DNA of 64,000 nucleotides from a virus (lineage: Duplodnaviria; Caudoviricetes), in the IMG/VR virus record IMGVR_UViG_3300043177_000122, positions 224,001 through 288,000 of that record; one strand, written 5' to 3'. The notes below the pieces were generated by a model. The model was not told the origin of the DNA. It worked only from the letters and a program-made list of their open reading frames with translations, and ran no database searches. The translations under genes were made by a program, and so were the position numbers. Position 1 is the first letter of the stretch; the number at the start of each line of letters is the position of its first letter. Below are positions 27,543 through 37,200 of the stretch, in pieces.

Positions 27543-28438
27543 CCATTAAGGCCCGTGGTGAGTTAATTGACGTTACCGATCAAGTTAATCTAACCGTACA
27601 ATTTAAAGATCAGTTTGGGAACCCCATCGACACAGATTCGTTTCCAACAATTTCTATTGTTCAGCCAAGCGGTTTGGTGGCACTAGCTCCAACCTCTGCT
27701 GGAGTTACGCGCGTCTCAACTGGCAAATATTCTTTTATCTTTACGGTCCCCATCAATGGTCCATATGGAGTTTTTAATGATATTTGGGTTGGGTTCATCA
27801 ATGGATTTCGTATTGAAACTACCTTTAGTTTTGTCGTAGATCATACACAACTTCCAAGTATCAACTCTGATGGTTATGTTCATTTAGGAGATGATCCTGG
27901 GTTTAGCTATTCTCAATGTGCCACGATCAACATTAACAAGCTTATCAAATCTTTAAAAGCAAGACTTAACAGTGCTGGCAAAGCTAAAGCAGCCGATGCT
28001 TATGGAAACACGATCTATGTCGATTGCGATATTTTCTCTATTGCTATGCTCACAACTTTTCTCGCTACTGCTCTATGGGATTTCAACCAAGTACCTTACT
28101 TCACATTCTTTAAATTCGACGATGATGATTTCGTTGATCAGTTTGGTGAAATTCTAGTAGAAGGTGCAACCTTATATGCTTTATCATCAAAAGCACTAAT
28201 CGAGCGAGGCCGCGAATTTCAAATTACAGATAATGGGTTGAGTTTTAACCCTCCAACTGTGTCAGAGCTATTACAAACTCAATATAGTACTTTACTTTCT
28301 CATTATTGGGAAAAGTTAAAGTATATTAAGAATAGCTTACGTCCATCTCCAAGAGGATTAGGCGTATTCAGTATGAATAGTGGCCTTAATCCGGCTTTTG
28401 CTAGAATGCGACATTTAAGAGCGAGGCGCATCATTTAA
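27539..28438 (+). CDS. Putative head-tail connector/neck protein
   Basis: GTG start overlapping the upstream stop; beta-rich N-terminus and helical C-terminus. Positional inference. Confidence 0.5.
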   Translation: MTIKARGELIDVTDQVNLTVQFKDQFGNPIDTDSFPTISIVQPSGLVALAPTSAGVTRVSTGKYSFIFTVPINGPYGVFNDIWVGFINGFRIETTFSFVVDHTQLPSINSDGYVHLGDDPGFSYSQCATININKLIKSLKARLNSAGKAKAADAYGNTIYVDCDIFSIAMLTTFLATALWDFNQVPYFTFFKFDDDDFVDQFGEILVEGATLYALSSKALIERGREFQITDNGLSFNPPTVSELLQTQYSTLLSHYWEKLKYIKNSLRPSPRGLGVFSMNSGLNPAFARMRHLRARRII

Positions 28439-28491
28439 GGGCACGAAGAATAATCTACAGCTCGTGTTATATGTTCTTTAGGAGAACAAAT

Positions 28492-28731
28492 ATGAGTCGC
28501 CCTGAATATTTAGACAAAATTTTAACCAAAGAAATTTTAAAGCAATCATACGATAAATTAGGTAGTCTTAATGCGGTCGCCCGCCAATTCGGCGTTGATC
28601 CTGGCTCTATTAAAAAATACATGACACGCTATGGTCTTGATTTCAAGAAACAGATCATTTACAATTGTGATCATAAATTATTTTCAAGAGATGATGAGGT
28701 TACCTTATTAATTGAGACTAAAAATGGATGA
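28492..28731 (+). pseudogene. Truncated HTH + LAGLIDADG-type endonuclease N-terminus
   Basis: AGGAGA RBS; HTH then YNCDHKLFSRDDE, matching the YYDQKFFEKDTEE that precedes YWAGFIAADG in the intact neighbour, then breaks off. Confidence 0.6.
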
Positions 28732-28913
28732 TACTTAGCAACAATATCATATGTTGCTTCAATAGATTTAGTTAATTCAGAGATCGGCCACTCATTTTTG
28801 AAGTGTAAAAGAGTAATATGCATCTCAGATGTGCTAATTTTATCGCCAGGAACGTCAATTTGATTTAGTAAACGTCCCGTTTCATGGGGGATGCGAATTC
28901 CAAGGAAGGCCAT
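28671..28913 (-). pseudogene. Truncated 2H phosphoesterase (2'-5' RNA ligase family)
   Basis: MAFLGIRIP...MHITLLHF has only the first HxT motif; the second is missing and the ORF runs into the antisense of the neighbour. Confidence 0.65.
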
Positions 28914-29734
28914 TATATCGCTCCTGTTAAATGAAGTTTCTTCATATATTTAGCAATTGTGCTTTTGGCACATCCAAATTCTTTTGCCATTAACTGATAC
29001 GATTTTAATCTACTATAAGATTCAATCAATTGTTCTTTGGTTAAATTAAGAATGATAGTATTTTCATTAAATTGATTTGATAACTTCGCTAATTCATATT
29101 TTCTGTCTAGAAAAATTGTGGAGTTACTATACAGATAATCCGATATTCTATGAACATCATATTGATTTTGGAATTCAAATTTGAAAATGTTTTTCTGGCT
29201 ATATATAGAAGGTAAACTTTCTATTTGGCACTGTTTTTGTAAAAATTTTTGTATGTTTTGTAGTACTGATTGATTTCCACAAAGCCCCCAACATAGTCTT
29301 TGTTTTTGGCGTCTATTCTTAATTGAAAACCATCCATCACCATCAAAATATCCACGAATGAAGTGTTTAAAGTTTATATTACTGATTATTTCTTCTGGTA
29401 TACTATAGGTAGCAGTTTTATTGGGCACGATTCCAAATCTTTGAAGAGAATTTATCCAATATTTTGCTCTAAATCTAATTATAGCACTTCCAGATGTTTT
29501 AGTTGTAATACCATTTATTGTTTTCTCTTTTGGTGGTAGTAAAACTATATTAGCATTAGATAATATAGCTGTTTTAAACTTCTCTATATGATGTAAGTCG
29601 CTAGATTTTAGAGATAGAGTAAAATCGCCTTTCTGGCTAATATTGCCATCTGCCGCAATAAAACCTGCCCAATAGAAACTTTCTTCAGTATCTTTTTCAA
29701 AAAACTTTTGATCGTAATAATATTTCTGTTTCAT
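28913..29734 (-). mobile_element. Double-motif LAGLIDADG homing endonuclease with C-terminal HTH
   Basis: YWAGFIAADG and FIRGYFDGDG motifs; TAATG-coupled to the 2H gene. Start could be 29758. Confidence 0.85.
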
Positions 29735-29786
29735 GATTTCACTATAAGCATACAACACTGCTATATCGATTTATTGGTATGTCTGT

Positions 29787-30305
29787 ATGTCTTCCGATGA
29801 AAAAATACCTTTGAAAGTTGTTAAGAAAATGCCATACCGTACACTTATGCGCATGATTAATAAGGCGAAAAAGTATCTCAAAAATAATGAAGTTATGCAA
29901 GGCGTATTCAAAGAATATAATGTAGACATTAATGAGATCGACCTTATTCCTACTTACTTTAAAGACTTGGATGTTTCTGCAAAAACAGATCATGGTATTG
30001 TGTATTTGAATTACAAACTTCTTTGTGATGGAGACTTTTTTAAGGACTATTCTTACCTAATACATGAGTATTCTCATTGGCTACAGCAAACAACTGGCAC
30101 CAAAGCTACCAAAAGCTCTGATGATGGCAGTTATTTAGATAACCCATATGAACAAGAAGGCTTTCAGAATCAAGTTGAATACATTGCAGACCAATTTGGC
30201 GATGAAGAGGCAGAACAATACGTTGATGACTTACTAGAACATCACGAAGTTGAAGATAAAAAGGAAATCAAGGATAAAAAAGAGACCTTGATGGCAAAAG
30301 TTTAA
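29787..30305 (+). CDS. Putative zincin-like metallopeptidase
   Basis: LIHEYSHWLQQ (HExxH) with a downstream NPYEQE glutamate. Confidence 0.55.
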   Translation: MSSDEKIPLKVVKKMPYRTLMRMINKAKKYLKNNEVMQGVFKEYNVDINEIDLIPTYFKDLDVSAKTDHGIVYLNYKLLCDGDFFKDYSYLIHEYSHWLQQTTGTKATKSSDDGSYLDNPYEQEGFQNQVEYIADQFGDEEAEQYVDDLLEHHEVEDKKEIKDKKETLMAKV

Positions 30306-30359
30306 TCATTCCGTTATTGCTTGTCTAGCCCGCAGCTAATAAAATTGAATTAGAGTATC

Positions 30360-31937
30360 ATGGTTCATTACTCTAATCCTATCATGTCTGGTTTGGATGC
30401 CGTTACCTCTTTGGGTGACGGTTATACCATTAATATGGCTTGGTTCCCAGCTCAGCCAGATTCTCCAGCTAACAGGATTGCTTATCATCTTTATTTTTCC
30501 ACAGATAGGCGAACTGTCTTTTCTGAAGGAGTTAAATTTGTTATTATTGATGGTTCAACCTCGGCGAACATTATTGATTTAACTCCGGGGCAGGATTATT
30601 GGTTCTCTATGAGACCAGTTGAATATAATCCTTTATCTATGGGATTCTTGCAAAATCTTCCTATTGCGCATGATAATGTTAGATTTTATCCAAGCAGCAT
30701 GTTACGTAGTAACATTAGCGCTACTGATTTAGTTATTCCTTTAATTGATGTTGACGGCTTCCCTAATAGTGGAATTATTAAAATCGGAGTAGAACTAATT
30801 CAATATTTAGCAGTTGATCCTGTTAACAGAAATTTGATTGCAGCATCTACTGGAAGGGGGTACAATTTAACACCAGTAACCTTGCACACTGTTTCTGGTT
30901 TTGATGGATATGCAACATGGAACCCAATCGTAAGTATGTTTGCTATTGAAGAAGATAGTGGTTGGGATGCTATTTTTGCATGTCAATCTCGTTTTGAATA
31001 TCCTAATTTTCCATTTACTATCATTGATGGATATCATCAAGTAGCCAAAGATCTTTTATCAACTGATTTAAGTGCCGCAGATGCAGCTAATGTTCAATTC
31101 CCAGCTTACGATTATGCAGGGTATCATAGAACGGACCCCGTTCAGCTTCTAAATGGAACTTGTGTTGGAAGTTACATTGGAGGAGAAATGGGCTGTATTG
31201 ATGCATACGGTAATTTTAACATCTTCCGTGGCATGTCACTACAAGATCAAAATACACAACGTCAAGATATTTTATTATCAGTAACTGGACGTCCAGCGGT
31301 TGTGATTAAAAGAGTTCATACTGGAATTACTTGTACTTGTTACTTAGCATCTAGCGAATATCCAGATGATAGATGCCCATTCTGTTATGGTACCAAATTT
31401 GTTTTTGGTTATGAGCAATATTTCAATCCACGCAGATCAGATGGAAGAATTTTGGTTCGTCCAGGTCCAACCGCTGAAAATCTAAAAATGCATGAAGCTG
31501 GTTTAGAATCAGAATTCCCTCTTGATCTATGGACGCTTACTGTTCCGACTATCAAGACTAGAGACATTATTATCCTATTTGATCAAGATGATAATGAAGA
31601 GTTTAGATATGAAGTTTCAGATGTTACCCGCAATAATACAATCAATGGTTTAAATGGAGGTCAACACTTGAAGACTTTCAGAATCCGTAAGTTCGATCCG
31701 GCTTACCAGATTAGAATCTTTAGAAATACGTCAGAATTTCCTTCAAAACTCAATACCAGCCTTGGATTTACACCAGGAATTCCTCCTCACAGCCATGAAA
31801 TCGTTATAAATGAAAAAGTTTTGTCTGTTTCTCAGATAAACCAGACTACAGGAATATCTCAAGGACATAATCACCCAATTGTAAATGGTCAAATAATAGA
31901 AGTTTTAGGCCACACCCACACAATCATCTTGCCATAA
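30360..31937 (+). CDS. Putative neck/head-closure protein with FN3-like N-terminus, Zn finger and HxH tail
   Basis: MAWFPA...YHLYFS...YWFSMRPV (FN3-like); CTCY...CPFCYGT; C-terminal HSH/HNH/HTH. Confidence 0.5.
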   Translation: MVHYSNPIMSGLDAVTSLGDGYTINMAWFPAQPDSPANRIAYHLYFSTDRRTVFSEGVKFVIIDGSTSANIIDLTPGQDYWFSMRPVEYNPLSMGFLQNLPIAHDNVRFYPSSMLRSNISATDLVIPLIDVDGFPNSGIIKIGVELIQYLAVDPVNRNLIAASTGRGYNLTPVTLHTVSGFDGYATWNPIVSMFAIEEDSGWDAIFACQSRFEYPNFPFTIIDGYHQVAKDLLSTDLSAADAANVQFPAYDYAGYHRTDPVQLLNGTCVGSYIGGEMGCIDAYGNFNIFRGMSLQDQNTQRQDILLSVTGRPAVVIKRVHTGITCTCYLASSEYPDDRCPFCYGTKFVFGYEQYFNPRRSDGRILVRPGPTAENLKMHEAGLESEFPLDLWTLTVPTIKTRDIIILFDQDDNEEFRYEVSDVTRNNTINGLNGGQHLKTFRIRKFDPAYQIRIFRNTSEFPSKLNTSLGFTPGIPPHSHEIVINEKVLSVSQINQTTGISQGHNHPIVNGQIIEVLGHTHTIILP

Positions 31938-31939
31938 TG

Positions 31940-31953
31940 CAATAAGTCGGCAT
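31940..31953 (+). promoter_or_regulatory. Candidate late-promoter motif (CAAT-AAGTCG-GCAT)
   Basis: Intergenic motif match upstream of 31978. Confidence 0.5.
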
Positions 31954-31977
31954 AATATAGAAATTTAAGGGAAATGC

Positions 31978-33732
31978 ATGAGTCCAATAAACCCTAACTT
32001 TAAACCTGGCGTGGGCCACCTTGTAACTGATCGATATGATTTTCAAAAACATATCGACGGTACAGATTTTAGGCAAGATGCGGATACAGTTGATTTAAAT
32101 CCATCTATTACAATTGGTTCAACTGTAATTACTGATGTCCAAACTGCTATTGCTGCTTTAGCAGGTTCTATTATTGTTCCTTCAGTTCCAGATGCAACTA
32201 CAGTTAGTAAGGGTGTTATTCAATTAGGTGGGGATTTATTTGGGTCCGGAACAACAGCTACTGCTCCTAAAGTAAGTGGTTTACAGGGGTTTCCAATTAG
32301 CTCAACTACACCAGCTACAAACCAGGTTTTGACTTGGAACGGTGCTACATGGGCTCCGTCTGTTATCGTTAATGCTACATCTGCTGTTTTTGGAACTATT
32401 AAACTATTAGGAGATTTGAATGGTGGAACAGCCTCATCTCCAGTAGTAACTGGAATTCAAACACGCCCCGTTAGTGCTGTAGCTCCCCTTACTGGACAAG
32501 CACTAGTTTGGAATGGTTCTGTATGGATTCCTACTGGTATTCCAGCTACTCCCACTGGTACTGGATTTGCTACTTTAACCTCTGGTATATATGATGCTGC
32601 TGCCACAGCTAATATCAGATATTTTGGTGGCAAGCTACAAACCGATGTTAACATTCAGTACAAAAATGGCGCTATAACTGGTGATTTATCTTGGACTCCA
32701 ACTGGTGTGAACAAGACTATTACATTGCCAGATATCACTGACACTATTGTTACACTAACATCTACAGATACTTTAACTAATAAAACTATCAATGCAACTA
32801 CCAACACTATAACTGATACGAGTGCTACTATTGGAGATATTTTAGCAGTAGTTGCTGGTACTAAATTTACCAGGCTTGCTAAGGGAGCTAATGGAACCTT
32901 TCTAGGCGTTTCTGGTGGTGTTTTAGGGTATTATACACCATCTGGAAGTACTCCCACTGGTACTGGATTTGCTACAGTTACTGGTGGTGTGTTTGATGCT
33001 GCCGCTACAGCCAACATTAGATATACTGGCGGCAAGTTCCAAAGTGATGTTGCAGTACAATTTAAAAATGGCGGTGTTACTGGAGATTTATCTTGGGCGC
33101 CTACGATTTCTAATAAAACTCTAACACTACCAAATGCTAACGATACATTAGTAGCTCAAAATACAACAGAAGCGCTTACTAATAAAACTATTGTTGCGTC
33201 CTCAAATACTATCACTGATACTGGTACTGCGGTTGGTGATTTACTTATAAGTAATGGTACAAACTTTGTACGTTTTGCTAGAGGTTCAGCTTTACAAGTT
33301 TTGAGAACAAATACTGGTGGTACCGATTTAGAATGGGCTACCGTATCATTCCCAGCTTCAGAAGTGGTTATTTCTCAATCTGGAGCCGGTCAATTAAATA
33401 ACGTAGCTACTACTGATGGATCAGGTAATCCGGCCGCTATCATTAGGTTTACTGGTGATGGTGCTGCTACTGATATTCTCCTCAGTGGTTTAGTTGCTCC
33501 AAGTAATCCAAGCTCGGCCACTACAATTAGAAAAATTACTTTAGTTGCAACAAGTACTTCAAGGTTAATCTTGTCTAACGAAGATGCCAATAGCACCTCC
33601 ACTAATAGATTGCATTTTGGTGCCGCTATTTCACAATATATTGTAGGAGATGATGGATACGGAATTAATGTAATTTGGGACACAAGCACTCAAAGATGGA
33701 GACCAGTCATTCATTCCCAATCACTACCATAA
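31978..33732 (+). CDS. Tail fibre protein
   Basis: GDL.G...P.V.GLQG...QVLTWNG repeats and a 134-aa internal duplication. Confidence 0.7.
   Translation: MSPINPNFKPGVGHLVTDRYDFQKHIDGTDFRQDADTVDLNPSITIGSTVITDVQTAIAALAGSIIVPSVPDATTVSKGVIQLGGDLFGSGTTATAPKVSGLQGFPISSTTPATNQVLTWNGATWAPSVIVNATSAVFGTIKLLGDLNGGTASSPVVTGIQTRPVSAVAPLTGQALVWNGSVWIPTGIPATPTGTGFATLTSGIYDAAATANIRYFGGKLQTDVNIQYKNGAITGDLSWTPTGVNKTITLPDITDTIVTLTSTDTLTNKTINATTNTITDTSATIGDILAVVAGTKFTRLAKGANGTFLGVSGGVLGYYTPSGSTPTGTGFATVTGGVFDAAATANIRYTGGKFQSDVAVQFKNGGVTGDLSWAPTISNKTLTLPNANDTLVAQNTTEALTNKTIVASSNTITDTGTAVGDLLISNGTNFVRFARGSALQVLRTNTGGTDLEWATVSFPASEVVISQSGAGQLNNVATTDGSGNPAAIIRFTGDGAATDILLSGLVAPSNPSSATTIRKITLVATSTSRLILSNEDANSTSTNRLHFGAAISQYIVGDDGYGINVIWDTSTQRWRPVIHSQSLP
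32548..33345 (+). repeat. 402-nt-period internal duplication in the fibre gene
   Basis: actcccactggtactggatttgctac is identical at 32548 and 32950; protein similarity continues for about 130 aa. Confidence 0.8.
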
Positions 33733-33759
33733 TATTGTTTAAGTTTCTGTTTTCCATAT

Positions 33760-33773
33760 CAATTCTTCCACAT
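33760..33773 (+). promoter_or_regulatory. Candidate late-promoter motif (CAAT-TCTTCC-ACAT)
   Basis: Intergenic motif match upstream of 33807. Confidence 0.4.
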
Positions 33774-33806
33774 ATCATAAAGAGTTTTACTCTTGTAAGG
33801 AGTACT

Positions 33807-34259
33807 ATGGATACGTTACTACAGGCCTTTTTAAGTTGGCAATTTCTATTTTTCTGTCTTGCAATTGGTGCCGTTGTATTTGTTGTAAGACAAGTAGTTG
33901 AATATGGTATGGAAAATTGGTGGCCATTGAAACAGTGGAAAGCCGCTAATAGAGATGCAAAGCTCTGGAGAAGCTTAATCCTTCCAATTCTACCAATCCT
34001 TCTAGGACAAGTAGGCGCCCTCTTAGCTAAAGGATATCCTTATCCTGAAGGATTTTCTTCTACTAGCGGAAGAGTGGTTTTTGGTCTAGTAGCTGGATTT
34101 ACATCTGGTTTAGTTGTTAGATTGTTTAGATCTTTCTTGGGTGATAAGATTTCGGAATTTAAAAATAATATTACAAATAGAATGAAGCAAAATAGTACTG
34201 AAGAACAATATAATTCAGATGTTCCACAAGAAGAAGTTCCACAAAGAGGTCAACCATAA
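33807..34259 (+). CDS. Multi-pass membrane protein, holin candidate
   Basis: Start reassigned to ATG 33807 (AAGGAG RBS); three hydrophobic segments and a charged C-terminal tail. Confidence 0.55.
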   Translation: MDTLLQAFLSWQFLFFCLAIGAVVFVVRQVVEYGMENWWPLKQWKAANRDAKLWRSLILPILPILLGQVGALLAKGYPYPEGFSSTSGRVVFGLVAGFTSGLVVRLFRSFLGDKISEFKNNITNRMKQNSTEEQYNSDVPQEEVPQRGQP

Positions 34260-34288
34260 CTAAGATTTAGTTATATAATTGGTGAAAT

Positions 34289-37200
34289 ATGAGTAACTAT
34301 CCAAACGGTTTTGATGATGACTCAACCTTACCGGTTGTAAATGACAATCTTACAGAAATTGGTGGCGATGCCATCAATGCTTTGCGAGATGCTGTCTTTC
34401 AAATAGAGCAAGCACTAGGTCTAAATATTGCTGGAGTTGCTCCATCATTAGCCGCACGTTTAGGTGTATTTATTAATCCAGATGGTACACCAAACGCATC
34501 AGTTCTAACTAGCTTAGGATTGGTTACTCTACCAATTAGAAATGACCAAATTGTTGAAGCAGCCGGTATTCCAGAATCTAAACTACGTCTTGATTTTAGA
34601 ACTCAAGACTTGTTCAACTATATTAGAGATTTATCATTAGATATTAATGCTACACTTGGTTGGATTAATACTCAAGGCATCAAACTTGAACCACATCTTA
34701 TTGGTGCAATTTATCGTCATACGATGGATCAAATTGATGTAAGTGCTAGTACTTCTGGGTTTTTGTCAAATGTGTTCCGTACACTTAGAGATAATACCCA
34801 ATCATATACTCTCGTAAAAGATATAAATGCAGAACTTCTAGCACATCAATGGGCTGACGGATCTCCGTTTGGTGTTGAAAAGAATATTGTAACCAACAAT
34901 GGTTCTATTTACACAACAGATTTTGCTCACGTTGGTAGTGGTATTTTTATCAATCCAAGTAGATTTAATAACATACCACAAACTCTAGATAACTTACAGT
35001 TATTTGCTGAATTTATTGATAGTGCAAGTATTTTCTTGTTAGGTACTAGAATTCAGAATTTATATTCTGCAGGCATCTCTAGAGTATCAGAGTCTTCCAA
35101 TTTAACTGTAGATGGATACGGACAATTCTTAGTACCACCCACTGCTGCTAGTGCATTTTTACTGAACGTTGGAAATGCAAGCGGTCCATTTGATGATATC
35201 AATACTGGTGATGACATCGTAGTATTCAATCCATCATCTGCATTACAGGCTAACAATTATTTTGATTCTTTATTTGCGTTGGTTAAACCGGGTGATATTA
35301 TCAGGGTACATTATGGTGATGGTTATAATATTGAAGTTCCATATGTAATTAGAGAAAAGAAGTATAATCCGACTGTTGGTAATAAAAAGTATGCAGTTAG
35401 AATTGCTGGCAAGAATCAAGCTTATTCACCAAATGCTATTGCTAGAATTGATAAACCTTTAGCGAACAATAATAAGTATGGAGAATTATCTATTTCTCCA
35501 GTTAATAATCAATTCAGCGCCACACCAAGCTTGATTATTAACAACCCGCGTGGAGCGCAGGCTACTGGTGTTGGATTTGCTCCAGATCAATTTGATGAGA
35601 CGCACTATTTACTATACTTAGCATTTTACCCAACTGGTCATGCTGTTGATGGTTATGTTTTCTTGCCAGGAATTGATGTAACTGGAAATCAAGGCACTAC
35701 ACCAGGAGCGTATACTCTTGAATCAATTGTTCAGGCTACAAATAATGCCTTCCGCAAAGTAGGATACAATTACAGATTTACTGCCTTTTCTTCAGGTGGT
35801 GAATTTGGTATTTGTCTGGCTGATTCTTATAACAATAGCGCATTTTCTATCATAAGCACAGCTATTGCTCCAGATGGCTCAATTGATACATTAAGTAACA
35901 ATATTAATTTCCCGAAGAATGTTATTTCCATTGTGCCAACAGTAGGAACTGTGGCTGCTGATCCATTAGGGTTTGGACCAACTGGCTCTGGTGTAGCAAG
36001 CCCTCCATTTATGACTTCTTACGGCTCATCTGCTGCCGCGTTGAACCCAACTAAATTGTTTATTCCTCTTAGAAGAAATAACTATTATGTCAATGGTTCT
36101 GAAACAGAAAGATTAGCAAAAGAAGACTCACAAGCCTTGGATGGATATGGAGATGGTTATTGGGTGGCCACCGTACAAGATATTCAGGTACAACCTGGTA
36201 GAGTACAAACTACTTATCGTATTCCTCTTAATTTAGATACCTCTGGGTTAAAAATTGGAAAAACTATCGTTGTTCAATCTCTAGGGGCTGGCAACTTAGT
36301 GGATTTTGGGCGCTATATTATTCAGTCAGTTAATATAAATTGTGCTACTAACGTTTATACAGATATTACTGTTTATGACTCTGTCCATGCTAAAGGATTT
36401 TCACCCACATCTACTTTACAGCCGTTTTCCCAAGTTGCTGTCTATTTTGGATCTGATTCTGTTTCGTTCAGCACTGAATCTTCGACCGATTACACGGTTG
36501 TTACTCCATTCAAGAGACATTTTGAAGTATATGTAGACCAGAATGGTAAAACATTTACTCATGAACGTGGCAGATTAACTCTTGCCGGTGGTAACATAAC
36601 CGTTAATGGCACTACTTTATATGGATATTCACAGCTTAACAAACTAGATATTGTAACTATCTCTCCTAAATTAAGAGGATATCAGTTCGGCTCAGTAAAC
36701 AAAATTTCTTTGAGAATGTTTAGTTTCTCAAGCACTACTGGTGTGTTTGATGGATATCTAGCATCTTATGATGGAACTAATTTTACTCATTTTGGTCCGC
36801 GTACACAGGGTAAGAAGGGTGATGTCATTAGATTTTATGATGAGACTCATGTTGACTATATTGATGTTGTTATGGACCCAAATACAGTCATTACTGATTT
36901 CTCTGATCAAATAATAGATTTCCAACTGTTCCCAACTCTTCAATTAGATACTGAATTAATGTTAATTGGAACGTGTCAAGTTAACGATACTACACAGACA
37001 GTTAGCAAAATTGTAGATAGACGACAATTTGGAAATACTAGTGAAAAAGACCTTAGTGATTCAGTGTTTGACTACATGGCAGTGCCAGAAAAACTACTAC
37101 ACTCTAATGGAGTTATTCGTGGTTTTGATATTTTCAACGTATATGATGGCGCTGCCGGTATCATTAATTTCACAGGAGGTGTAGTTCTAGTTGATGGGAA

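Noticed and set aside
7480-28700. A single large inversion explaining the truncation junctions
   Set aside because: Re-inverting does not rejoin the gene halves sensibly, and the enclosed structural genes are co-oriented with the capsid and tail operons.
16376-29758. Endonuclease genes as parts of group I introns or inteins
   Set aside because: Flanking genes are not split around them and no intron core or intein termini were recognised; they appear free-standing.
32548-33345. Fibre-gene duplication as a DGR template/variable repeat pair
   Set aside because: Both copies are in frame within one gene, differences are not adenine-specific, and no reverse transcriptase is present.
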